64,000 bases of DNA, taken from NCBI RefSeq assembly GCF_001194135.2, contig NC_068986.1:53734215-53798214 (forward strand). Reading direction: 5' to 3'. Source of the DNA: Octopus bimaculoides (lineage: Eukaryota). Both the position numbers and the translations under genes were made by a program. The notes under the pieces are model-generated. The model was not told the origin of the DNA. It saw only the letters and a list, made by a program, of their open reading frames with translations, and did no database searches. Within the stretch, counting starts at the first letter, position 1; each line of letters starts with the position of its first letter. Shown in pieces: positions 1-12,300 of this stretch.

Positions 1-1235
1 ATATATTTTACCAAATCCAAACACACTCTGTGTGTGTGTGTGTGTGTGTTCATCATCATCATTTAACATCCACTTTTCCATACTCGCATGGGTCAGACAG
101 GATTTGCTGGGGCAGATTTTTATGGCTAGGTGCCTTTCCTGTCACCAGCCCCCACCTATTTCCAAATGAGGAAAGATTTCCCCCAAGACCAGATACATTA
201 TATAATTGGAAACAAGACAATACTTGCATGACATTGACACTTGTTGCCAACTATCATACGATGTCAAGGTGAGGAAACACAAACACACTCACACATATGA
301 ACACATACATCAGTCTCCAACTACCATATTCCTTTGGAACTATAATAGAAAATACTTGACTGAGCTGCTACGCAGAGGGACTGAGCCTAGTAGTTAGGAA
401 GTAGACTTCTTAATACAAAACCACACCTGTATCTTTTAATTGTCTTAGTCATTAGACTGTGGCCATGCTGGAGCACCACATTCATGAATTTTAGTCAAGT
501 GTATTGACCCCAGTATTTATTTTTTCTTTTAAACCTGTGTCTTTTGCCAAACCATTAAGTTAAGAGACACACCAACACCATATGTCCTTTTATCACACAT
601 ATACAATGGGTTTCCTTCAGTTTCCATCTACCAAATTCACTCACAAGGTTTCGGTCAGCCCAAGGTTGTAGTAGAAGACACTTGCCCAAGATGTCACACA
701 GTGAGACTGAACCTGGAACCATATGTGGTTGGGAAGCAAACTTCTTACCACACAGCCATGTTTATGTCAATATATGTATTTGAAAAAATGAGGAGAAATT
801 ACTTTTCTGAAAATTTTCCTCACCTTAATAATTAGATGTTTATAAATCATAATGCATAAGCACCTACTGATTTATAAACATTTATAAACTGATTTATAAA
901 AATGTTCAAGTAGAAAAATTTTTCAGGTAAGCCATTTCTATTTTTTTTTTTTTTTTTTTTTCAAATATATAATACTGTACCAAGGCACTCATAAGTTGGG
1001 TAGTATGACCAGAGCTGACAAACGGCATTCATCCAGTACCACATTAAAAGCACTCGTACTTGTGTTAAGTTAAAAGCACTCATTACACTTTGTGAAGTAG
1101 TAGGTGTTAGGAAGGGCATCCAGCTGTAGAAACCATGCCAAAACACACAACTGAAACTTGGACAGCTTCCAGGCTGACCAGCTTCTATCAAACCATCCAA
1201 CCCATGTCAGCATGGAAAACAGACGCTAAATGATG

Positions 1236-1299
<64 letters not shown>

Positions 1300-1873
1300 G
1301 TTTAAACTATGTAAAACTAGGTATCACACACATGTAATGCTAAATGTCTGTCGTTTTCAAGAATGCAAAAGATGAGATGATGATAATCCTTACTAGGATT
1401 TATTTAGGCCACCTTGAGTGGTCCTCATATTTCAAGAAACTTCTCTCACCCATGTCTCTTTGAGTGAGAGGAAAGGCAAGACTAGTAGATCTGGGAGAGA
1501 GAGAGTGAGAAACAACCGGCTGCAGAGGTTGTCAATAGAGTTAGCAATGCTAGAATCCAAAACCTTAATGGAGGACGCCCTCGTCCCACTCCATTTTTAG
1601 GTTTGATGGATGCTTCCTGACTCCTTGCAGACAGATATTGCTTTTTTTCTTTTTTCTATTTTTGTCCTGTCAGAATTTTCATCCACTCTCAACACACCAA
1701 TGTTTCCCAACCTATTTTCCCTAGGCTACACTATAACTTTCCAGAAAAACCTATGCCCCACCAGTGCTTGGAAAAAAAAAGACTTTATTTTTAATATTTT
1801 ATCACAATTATTTAAACACAGAAGTATCTATCAGTAACTCTTTTATTAAATACTGAGTACAGAAAAGTGAAGG

Positions 1874-2200
1874 CCCATGGCTCAGTAATTAGAGTGCAGG
1901 GCTCACAGTCATGAAGTAGTGAGTTCGATTCCTAGGCCAGGCTGTGTGCTGTGTTCTTTAGCAAGACACTTTATTTCATGGAGCTTGAGTTCACCAAGCT
2001 GTAGAAATGAGTTGCAACATCACTGGTGCCAAGCTGTATTGGCCTTTGCCTTTCCCTTGGATAACATCAGTGGCGTGCAGTAGGAAGGGTGGTATGCATG
2101 GGCAACTGCTAGTCTTCTATAAACAGCCTTGCCCAGACTTGTGCCTTGGATGGGAACTTTCTAGGTGCAATCCCATGATCATTCATGACAGAAGGAGGTC
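1874..2200 (+). mobile_element. tRNA-derived SINE with CORE-like domain
   Basis: A-box TGGCTCAGTAA, B-box GAGTTCGATTCC, then TGTGTTCTTTAGCAAGACACTT core. Related copies at about 19290-19600, 41140-41400, 62215-62520. Confidence 0.75.
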
Positions 2201-5200
2201 TTTACCCTTTACAAAAAAAATAAACAACATTATTGACTAGGGGGAAAAAAAGTGAATCACTTTAATGAGAACCTTGTGCCTGGCAACTACAGCACCATGC
2301 CCCACCACAATTTTCCCAGGTTCCATACGCAGGGTGTATACCCATGCTGGGAATCACTGCACTAGAGTAAGACCTCACAGTGATGTTGTCCAACCTCAAA
2401 GCAAGCAGTGGTGATAACTTGTAGCAAATCATTTTCGATGTGACCTTACACATACACACAATATATCCTGCCTCCACACTCCCAAGAGAAAAAGAACAGA
2501 AAAGATTTGAACCATAAAGTTGTTATGAAATGGTAGTATAATACCCTATCCACAAGGCACCTTCACCTCCACAAAGTCAGTTGTCATAAAGCCAATCACA
2601 GCTTCAGTTCTGCTAAGCAGGCAGCAAACTTACCACCACTGCCTTCATTTCAATGGCATGTCTCCAATAGCTGTGTCCATTGAATCATTAATGTCTTCCT
2701 CAGAGATACTACAGAACTTGAACTAGTAACACACTGTCTGAATCACTTGGTCACTTGGCCTTTACAACCATCATCATCAGTGTTGTTGTTTTAACATTTG
2801 TTTTTCCATAGCATCATGAGTTGATCACCTGTCTTAGCTTTCCTCTCCTAGAAATACTCTCCATCATTGTTTATTTCCAGACCAGCTTTAGTCAAGCAGA
2901 CCAATAATCAATGGCAACCCAGCTGTGATCACCCCATCCATTTTCATTCAAGCAATATATCTAGAACAACAGTATTCAGTGCATACTTCCTTTTTTAAGA
3001 TGATAGGGTGTGGTTGGAGTAAGATTTGGCTGCTATTTCTAGCACATTCAACAACTGCAACAGGCTCCCTCTTTGGCATGTAGACAAAACTCTTTGTTGC
3101 TGTTTAACTCCCAATCAAACAAATCTATGATCAAAGGTATTCCCACCATGATAATCTCATCCTTAAGAAATATCTCGCAGACTACATCATTTTGTATGTC
3201 CTTCACTTTTTTAAAGATGCTCAAGTATTATTTGAAGGATTTGGCTACTATGTCTAGCAGGTCAAATGACAACAATAGAGACTTTCTCATTGGCTCAAGA
3301 AATCCTTTGCCCCTTGCATAAGTAACAATTCCCAGGACACAAAAAGTTAACTCAAGAAAACCCAATGAAATTTCATTCTATTGCCAACTGTTAATTCAAT
3401 TCACTGCCAGTGCCTACAAATACATAACTCAAAATAGCAGTCAAATCTTTCTCAAATCACACTTTACTATTTAAAACAAAAAAAAAAGGAACAAACACAC
3501 TGGATAATGTAATCTTAGATACGCTAGTGTTGGGAAATAAAACAATACAGTTAAGGCTGAAATAACTTTTATTAGAGATCTTCTCAACCAAAGTCAAACT
3601 GGGGTTCAACAACAACAGAACAAATAGTCAAGCCAGTGAGAAGGTCTCTATGTGGTCACTGGATCTGCAAAAAACAGCAACCAAATCTTCAATTCACAGT
3701 ATACTATCTTAGAAGAGGAAGAACAATAACTGATGTAGCCATGGATATAAAAAATACAGCTAGCCTCAATCATGAGCAAGTAAGGCATGGTAACATGTAC
3801 AATGTTTTTACCAATTGTTTTAGGCATCCATGTTAGTCATAAGCACACAGACACCCTCTCAAACCCCTCACCCATGTCTAAGTGGAACATCCAGGGCATT
3901 ACAGCTAAAGAGAGAAGCTGCACCAACACCCAGATGGTATTATCGCATCTGAGCTGACTGGAACAGCATAAAATAGAATGACTTTCTCAAAGGTACAACG
4001 TGCCACCCTAACCCGGAATTACACTCACAACCATTTGTTCATGAACATTCTAACCAGTACACTATGCACTTTCACCAGCCATAGATATAGTATGATTGAA
4101 AACAAGGGGATACAGTGATGACTGGAGCCTATTTCATCACAGATCTACACAATCGGGATTGATATGACTAAACAATAGAAAATACAGAGTAAAGCAGAAG
4201 TAGTTAATTCCATATATTAACTCTATATATGAAAAGAAACAAGACAGAGAGGTTCTTTCCAGTCCAAGTCACACTGGACAGCCTCTCCAGTATCAGTGGC
4301 ACAATAAAAATGAACCCAGCATTCTATAAGTGGTAGTTGATAGGAAAACACCCAGCCATAGAAACCATGCCCAAAATTAAACAAATGAACAAGATGTAGA
4401 TTTCACAAGCTGCATTACAGGATGCCTGTCTAGAAGGTCGGTAACACTAATTAAGAACTACCATGGATCATGACAACCCACTGGGCCCAGCAAGGAAAAA
4501 TGAACATAAAACTGGTGGTGATGACACTGACACCAACATAGTTTAGCAACAAATTTTTTCTTCATGCTTGTTTAAAATGAATAAGACTTCACTATTGCAT
4601 GTTTTCTCAAATTTATTCCTTCATGTATCCAAATGAAAATTCTCTATATTCTATTTGAATACATAACCATGAAGATCCATAACGTTCTTCTCTGGGACAC
4701 TAATTTCTATGTACAGATCTGAGCTTCATTAAAATAATCTAACACTTACAATATTACATCTATTATGCTGAATAAGAGTGTATATCAATTCACATTGGGC
4801 AAGTGTTTTCTACTATATATAACCCAGAGCTAACAAAAGCCTTTTGAGTAGATTTGGAAGACAGAAAAGAAACCCATTTACACACACATAGGTACATGTG
4901 TGTGTCTCCTCGTGTTGACATGAGATATTTGTAAAGGCAAATCAGTGTCATAAAAAGGAAAAAAAAACACAAGTGGTCTTGTTTATTTCCAATTTCCCAT
5001 GAAACATGACCAGCCACAGGAATATTATCTTAATTAAAAACAGTTAAGATTTAATGACACAAAGGGCATCCAACCATAGAACATCTACCTCAATAAATTC
5101 TGTTTGACCAATGCTAACAGGGGGAAGTTGACATTAAAACGATGATGACAACATACCACAGTATGCAAATTGGTACACTCACGTTTGAGACATCAACCAA

Positions 5201-6498
5201 AGATCTCCTCCAGTTTAATAATACATAAGTTCTTGTTAATAAATTAATACCTCTCATCATAATTGTAAAGTAAGAACTTTTTGTTAAATAATGTTTCAAA
5301 CACCAGATTAATTATGAAATGATTAATTATATCACTAAACTCTTCTAAATTATTGAGTAATTTTTTCAAATTAATTAATGCACATAAAGCAGTGAATTTC
5401 ATTACAAATATATTTAAGGTCATGAAAGTGTAAGAAAACATTTTCTAAATAGTTAGGAACTGTTCGTTCTCAGTATCACAACAATAACAGTTACACTTTG
5501 GTTTTAAAGGCTTTAGAAGTTCAAAACTGTGAGACCAATACTTACATTGCGTTACTAATGTTTGCCAGGAATACCCAACTTTCACTCCATAGACTATATA
5601 TTTTTTCTTTTGTAACTTTAGGTATACATACACTAATATGTTATATAGTTTTATAATTGTTTGAATATGAAAAATAGCTTAAAGAATATTATATACTATT
5701 GAAAATAAATACTTAAAAAGTAGAATATAACAGCATATGTATGTTTTATAACAGGAGTTGGAACCTCTCGCTTGTGAATAAAATTTCACTTGGATTCAAA
5801 TTTGAAACTTTCCACTGCCAAAGTCACTAAAAGCCTTTATGAATTTTTTCCAGTTATAAAACCAAAACACTGAATGCAAGTGTCATATCTATGAATTTGC
5901 AAAATTAAAAATTAATTTTCTCAGCACAGATGTTTTTTAATCTACTTGCAATCTGTTCTTCATACCAAAACGAGTTCCCCATCCCTGTTCTAAAAAGACA
6001 AAATGCACCTACCATGACATAACCAACTGATCTAAAATGCTTTAAATAAACAATAATCTCATAATTACACAACTAGAGATGACTCCATAAAATAGTTTAC
6101 AATCAATTCAATATTTGTGCTGTGCTGCTGAAAGCTAGTGTATGTCTCCCAAGTTGAAGTCCACAAGACCAAATGTATTTTAAGTATGTTAATATATTGG
6201 TGCAATGGTTGTGTGGTTAAAAAGTTCCCTTCATAGCTATATGCTTCCAGATTCAATCCTCTTAAGTGAACCTTAAGTTAATGCACTGTAGACCTCTTGA
6301 TTTAATGGGTCCTTTTCTAAGATAGCCAGGTGCTATTTGAGAGAAATTTGCTTGCTGTTTCTAGTAGATCAAGCAACCACACAAACTTTTTCATTGGATT
6401 TATTGGTTAGTGTCCTTTAGAGCAATATTTCAAATAGAGATGGAGAAGGAAACTATAAGCACTGTAAAGAGGACAGAAAAATGCCAAATTTAATCAAA

Positions 6499-6678
6499 TT
6501 AACCCTTTAATCAAATTAACCAGATCAGGCCTCTCACACATACCCTACAATGTCATTCCAAAAATATACAATCACATCATCAAAATCTCAAAGCTACGAG
6601 ATAATGTGTGATTCATTCAGAACAATAGGAATAAATAAGCATCACATTTGATAGAGTATCTGAATGCTAAAGGGTTAA
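6499..6678. mobile_element. piggyBac-like MITE (TTAA-CCCT...AGGG-TTAA)
   Basis: Bounded by TTAACCCTTTA and TAAAGGGTTAA. Body is homologous to 6922-7151. Confidence 0.6.
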
Positions 6679-6921
6679 GATGGTATGGACATGTAATAAA
6701 TATGGATGATGACAGATGAGTGAAAAGGTGGTAGGAACCAATGGAAGAGGAAAACTAAGGAAGACATGAGTATAAATGGTGAAGGCTGATCTCAGGAAGA
6801 TGAAACTCAGAAAAGAGATGACAAAAAAATGCAGCAAGTGGTGGGATGCAGTGTTGGATAGGACCTAGCCAACTCATGCAAGCATTGAAAAAACAGATGT
6901 GAAAACGATTATGATGATGGT
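6679..6921 (+). mobile_element. RTE LINE 3' end fragment
   Basis: RWYGHV and GRGKLRKT-like remnants followed by CCAACTCATGCAAGCATTGAAAA...ATGATGATG tail. Confidence 0.65.
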
Positions 6922-7151
6922 TTAAAACTTCTTAGCATCTAAACAAACTATATCCAGCGCAAATACTGTACCTGCTTTATGTTCAAACCAGCCAGATCTG
7001 GCCTCTCACACATACCTTACAATATCATTGTAAAAAAAAACAACAACATGATCGAAATCTTGGATCTATGAGATAATGCATGATTAATTCAAAACAATGT
7101 GAATAAATAAGTATTACATTTGACAGGGTAATCTGAATGCTAAAGAGTTAA
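6922..7151. mobile_element. Second copy of the piggyBac-like MITE
   Basis: Shares CCAGATC.GGCCTCTCACACATACC...GAATGCTAAAG.GTTAA with 6499-6678. Confidence 0.6.
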
Positions 7152-9552
7152 ACTTGTCCCATATTATAGCAAAGAAAGAAAGACTTATATGGATGCCAAA
7201 TCTTTCGTCCTCTCATAAATAACATTTCTAATATTCTAGCAGGGTGCTGGTAGATGTCAGTTTCTCTAAGAAGAATGTTTGAAGGATGGAATCTAACATA
7301 CTGAGATTGATAGCAAAGAGAAACAATGAAATAATCTTTTTTTTTTTGTAGGTCACATTTACTTCTAATCATGTTTGGTATATTTAGAAATGATGTGTCA
7401 AGAGTTCAATCTTCAGGTGCTGATATTAAAGGTTGAGGTTGATAAAATGGAAGATATATCAGTTTGATACTATAGTCAAAATTCAAAATTGATGTGTGTC
7501 TGTGTGCATGCAAATGCAGGTTTTTCATATAGGTGTATCTAATATATAGACATCTATGCACACATACAAATATATACACATACAAATATATACACATACA
7601 CATCTGCAATCCATGCATACAAATAACTGATTTCAGTTATTGGACTGTGACCATACTGGACATGATACTGACCACAGTTTTTATTTCAGTTTTCTACTCA
7701 TCTCTATTCTTTTGGACAACTAAAAAAGATAATACTAATTTCAAGCTTAGACAGTAGGCCACACATTTCAGAAAGGCACATTAAATTACATTGACCTCAA
7801 TATGTAACTGGTACACATTGTATCAACTATAGATGGATGAAAGGTAAAGTTGAGTCTGGCACAACGAACTTTGCCAAAGTTGACTTCCTTTCCTACTCTT
7901 TGAATTTGAACAACATCTTAGGCACACAGCAGTTTCAATGGGAGCAAGTTAGCTAATTGCATCAACTCCAGTACATCAATGGTACCTTATTTTACTGGTC
8001 CCAACCCCCCACCCCCGCCCACAAAAAAAAAGGAGGATAGACTAAGTCAACTTGTTGACTTCAGTAGGACTTGAACATAACAATAAATAATTGTTTCTGA
8101 TTTAGGCACAAGGCCAGCAAATCTGACTGGTACTTTATTTAATCAACCCCAAAAGGATGAGAGCCAAAGAGAACTGAAAAGGAGACTTTACAGTGATACT
8201 TAAAAAAACAACAAATTATAGTACAAACTATGTTCTGTGAAACATTAAGATTCAAAGATACATCACCATCTCTGTTTTTTTTTTGCTCTTTTTCTTTCTC
8301 TCTCTCTCTCTCTCTCAACAGCCTAACTCTTCCACCTGAACTCTCATTNNNNNNNNNNNNNNNNNNNNNNNNNNNNNNNNNNNNNNNNNNNNNNNNNNNN
8401 NNTTATAGTACAAACTATGTTCTGTGAAACATTAAGATTCAAAGATACATCACCATCTCTGTTTTTTTTTTGCTCTTTTTCTTTCTCTCTCTCTCTCTCT
8501 CTCAACAGCCTAACTCTTCCACCTGAACTCTCATTCTCTTTTCCTCTCCCTCCACCCATTCTACAAACATCAGTAAGATAGTTCTTGTTATTTTTATGTA
8601 TAAGATGGGTATGTGAACTACTACCCAAGTTAGCATTTCACAACAACCACACATCTTGTTAAGATCCATACCTACCACTTACACATGCCAATATATATAT
8701 CTACCTACACACACACACACACAGACATTTATTATATATTTAAGAAAGTTTGAGCTTATACATATTTCCTTGCTCCCCATCACCACCACCACAGCTCCAC
8801 AAAAGCACTGACTGTATTTTACTATTCTACTCCTCTTCCAGCACCTCACAGAAAGTTTTGCCATTTCCAATCTTTCTCTTTCCTTTCTCTCTAGTTCTTT
8901 ATTCTCTTTTCTATCTTCTCTTTCTCCCCACTTTACTATTATTCAATTAGTTTACTCACTTTCTCTGTCTCTCACATACTTTCCAGTTTTCATTCTTCTT
9001 TCTCCTGTTCTAATACTACCAACATCTCATTCAATTCTTTGCTTCCCTTTCTCTTTCCCTTTCAAAATGAAGTAGCAAGGTGACAGTTTTAGCAGAAGAC
9101 TTGATTAATACAGAGCTTCAGCTGACCATGCCAGTACCAGTCAATTACTAAAAGTGACCAAATCAGCTGATTGTAATTAGTTTAAGCAGAGGAAAGTCAA
9201 ATGGTTACAAGTTCAAATTATGGTCATAGTCAAATTTGCCTCCTCCCTTACAAGCAATTTGTTACAAATGAAGTTTCCAACACTAATGTCATAAAATGAG
9301 GTTTTCCATAAGCACATATTTTGATCTGGTTAACAAATCTGGTTAACAAATCCACTTCAATCAAACCAATTCCATCATATCTGCAGAACTTCCTACACCT
9401 ATACAAAAAAAAGAGAGAGAGAGAAAAACGAAACAAAAAACTTCTCCAGATGGTTCATGGTCTCTGTGGTGCTCTCTGAACAATAAATGCACCAATGGTA
9501 TCCAATACTATTTGTCAAGGAAACCCAAACAGGTGAGAATGGCTAGTCCTAC

Positions 9553-9768
9553 TCTTTTACTTGTTTCAGTCTTTTGACTGTAACCATGCTAGAGCACCGC
9601 CTTTAGTCAAGCAACTCAACCCCAGGACTTATTCTTTGGAAGCCTAGTACTTATTCTATCGGTCTCTTTGGCCGAACCGCAAAGTTACAGGGACGTAAAC
9701 ACACCAGCATCAGTTGTCAAGCGATGTTGGGGGGACAAACACAGAAACGCAAACACATACACACATAC

Positions 9769-9813
<45 letters not shown>

Positions 9814-9967
9814 TACGACGGGCTTCTTTCAGTTTCCGTTTACCAAATCCACTCACAAGGCTTTGGTCGGCCCGAGGCTATAGTAGAAGACACTTGCCAA
9901 AGGTGCTACGCAGTGGGACTGAACCCGGAACCATGTTGTTGGTAAGCAAGCTACTTACCACATAGCC
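9553..9967 (-). mobile_element. Composite SINE: tRNA/CORE head + microsatellite + second conserved body
   Basis: Minus strand head GTGGTAAGTAGCTTGC...GGGTTCAGTCCC...GGCAAGTGTCTTCT, (TA/TG)n, then body ending ACTGAAACAAGTAAAAGA. Related pieces at 431-760, 37900-38100, 59640-59900; heads at 13830, 14500, 35108, 47580. Confidence 0.8.
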
Positions 9968-11314
9968 AGAAAAAAAAAAGCACAAAAGGCTGAAGGATTT
10001 CAAAACTTGGTTTGATAATATGAAAGAGATAAAAGATGACTAGTTCTCTACTTATCAATTTTGAGTTCTGCAACTGAATAAAGTCATCAAACATGCCAGC
10101 AAATATATTATTAAGGGATCTAACACTGCGATGTTTGTTCTGACACAACAAAACAGACAAGATAAAGTCACCCAATTCCAGCAAGGACAATGCAAAAGCA
10201 TCAATAAGGTTTTCTGGTGCATTTTGTTTCTTCCATTCATGAAGTTGCCACAGCATTCAAACTTGGAAAATCCACACAAAATCCAAAGGACACAACAATT
10301 ACAGCCTTTTTCAAGCAGTAGCTGTACAGTTCCTTTGCAAAAACATTATTGTACCGTTAGGATCCATTCTACTATATATGGAACAACAAGCAACAGAAAT
10401 GAAGTTGCAATGAGTCTTTATTGAAGGTCAACCTGACAAGTATTGAGAGTGCCATTGGAAGATAGTTTACTGCACACACACCAGTCAACTTGAATGCTTC
10501 TTTTAATGACTTCTTCATAAAGTGCAAGGTTTAAGTTCATTACAAGATCGTTAAATAGTCTATGGCAAAGTTTGTAACACTTATAAAGAGTGACAATGCT
10601 TTACATATGGATTGCTGAAGAATGACATCCAGTGAGAGGTAACATAGTCAGGAGCTTCTGTACCTCAAACAGAAAGAGTTTCAAGGCTCTTACAACATGC
10701 TGTTAAAAATCCAATCAGACTCAAGTATCATGATGACCTTATTAGAAGTTTCAAGCATTAACCTTAAAGGATGAACCCAGATGTGAAAAAAGGGTACACT
10801 AATAAAATTTACAATGCTGCCTTCATTGATAAAGTCAAGGATATAAATAGCACAGAACTCCAAAAATAATGTCTCTCTCAGCTTAGAGACACTGAATCAA
10901 GAGAAATTTTAAAGAATCATCATATAATGTTAATACAGTAATAGGATATATCCATGATGAACCCAAACCCACTGAAACCAGAGAGCAGTTTATTTAGCTA
11001 TTTTTGACGAGGTTCAGCAACAAGATAAAATTTGCTTCCTTGATATTCATGACTGAACTGGAATGTCAATCTTGATCAGTCTATTACTTGTCAGAGTTTG
11101 TCAACAGAATAGCATAGCTATTGCAGTTGTTTTTCCAGGTATAACCACAAACTAATTCCTGTAAGTCATATAGTACATTTCTTCTTTCAAGCTTCTTATG
11201 GACTTGAGCAGAAATGATGCACCATTTCGCAACACTGTATTCATTGTATTGAAATGATGCACCCTTTTGAAACACTGGACAAGCTTTCAAGAAATTCATA
11301 AGCATCTCCCAATC

Positions 11315-11430
11315 CACTGCCTTTCTCCCAATGCCTCCTTTTTCTCTACTGCCCCCTTAGACACCAGCAACCACCTGGACCCTCTCAACGCCCACCAGGG
11401 GGGCGGTACCACCCACTTTGAGAACCTATG
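11315..11430. mobile_element. hAT (Charlie-like) MITE end nested in the Helitron helicase
   Basis: ...CGCCCACCAGGGGGCGGTACCACCCACTTTGAGAACCTATG followed by CTTTAAAT, a Charlie-type target. A similar hAT-type end GGGAATCACTG|CACTAGAG lies at about 2349-2367. Confidence 0.5.
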
Positions 11431-11904
11431 CTTTAAATCATCATTACTTTGAACAAAGGCTAAAATGTTCAAACAGTCAACAAACATGAGAGCCAATCTT
11501 TTTGGATGTCATCTGTCATGTCATTTTGCCAAGAATTTCTTATAAGTTAGGGAGAAAAGATTTCTTTCCAATAGTAACAACAGCATAGACACAGCTCCTA
11601 TAAACACATTAGTTAAGACAGTAGTGAAATGATAGCAAGGGTGTTCCTCAAATTGCAACATCATTAACACCAGAGTGAATGTGTGGAAAAAAAAAAAAAT
11701 CAACTAGCAACTGTTGTAGGAACACACAGAAAACAGTCAAATTTACAAATTAATAAACGGTATTGTCTATTAAATAGTTCACTGCCCATCAGAATTTTTA
11801 AGTTCACTGGAACCTTCAGGTCTACCACCAAACCTTACTTACAGATCTATGTATACATGTGTATGAGTGTGTGTAAATATATACATAGGTGTGTGTGTGT
11901 GTAC

Positions 11905-12300
11905 ACATCTGAAATTTCCTTGTAATCTGTAGCAGAATTAAGAAGAAATTCCATGTATGGAAGCAAAATGTGGAATCAAAGGGCATCAAGCTTAAGCTAC
12001 TAAAGACCACTATTCTAGCAAGTAGGAAAAACAGAAATGTTCAGGAAATTGACTTTGATATGTATAAAAAAGTGCAAGCAAAAATTTCATACAGTGTATG
12101 CAGTACAAAATATGGACACACAAAACACGCAGCAATTTGACAGGAAGATTAATATTTTTCTATTAACCTTCTTGTAGGTTTTGTATGTGGTAAATGTGCA
12201 GGAGCAATTAACATTAAGAAGACATGAAACAGATTTTTTCAAATGCCCAGGAAGATCCCTTGAGGTAGACGGACATTAAATAATGGTGTTAATGATGACA
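11905..12300 (+). mobile_element. Degraded RTE LINE fragment with internal deletion joined to tail
   Basis: FHVWKQNVESKGIKLKLLKTTILASRK and GKCAGAIN match the 48729 ORF. ...CCTTGAGGTAG runs directly into the ACGGACATTAAATAATG tail. Confidence 0.7.

Larger units (their letters stand above)
9240..11850 (+). mobile_element. Decayed autonomous Helitron (Rep HUH endonuclease + PIF1-like helicase)
   Basis: Colinear motifs read across stops/frameshifts: GFP*AHIF (GLPHAH), IISAELP, MVHGLCG, ETQTGENG, INFEFCN, SKYIIKGS (KYxxKG), NPKDTTITAF, FAKTLLY, AIGR, ECFF..LLHKVQG, FLDIHD*TGMSILISLLL (Walker A region), IAIAVVFPGI, TNMRA, PSEFLSSLEPSGLPP. Confidence 0.88.

Noticed and set aside
1874-1950. tRNA-like A and B boxes (also at 19290, 30789, 41140, 62215)
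   Set aside because: No complete cloverleaf; they continue into SINE cores, so they are SINE heads rather than tRNA genes.
2360-2750. Possible hAT transposase C-terminus (ILPF..., IENDL) on the minus strand
   Set aside because: Similarity is too weak and needs several frameshifts; only the adjacent TIR-like end is mentioned.
8216-8535. Exact 133-bp direct duplication
   Set aside because: The copies sit on either side of an N-gap (8349-8402), typical of unmerged overlapping contig ends; likely an assembly artefact.
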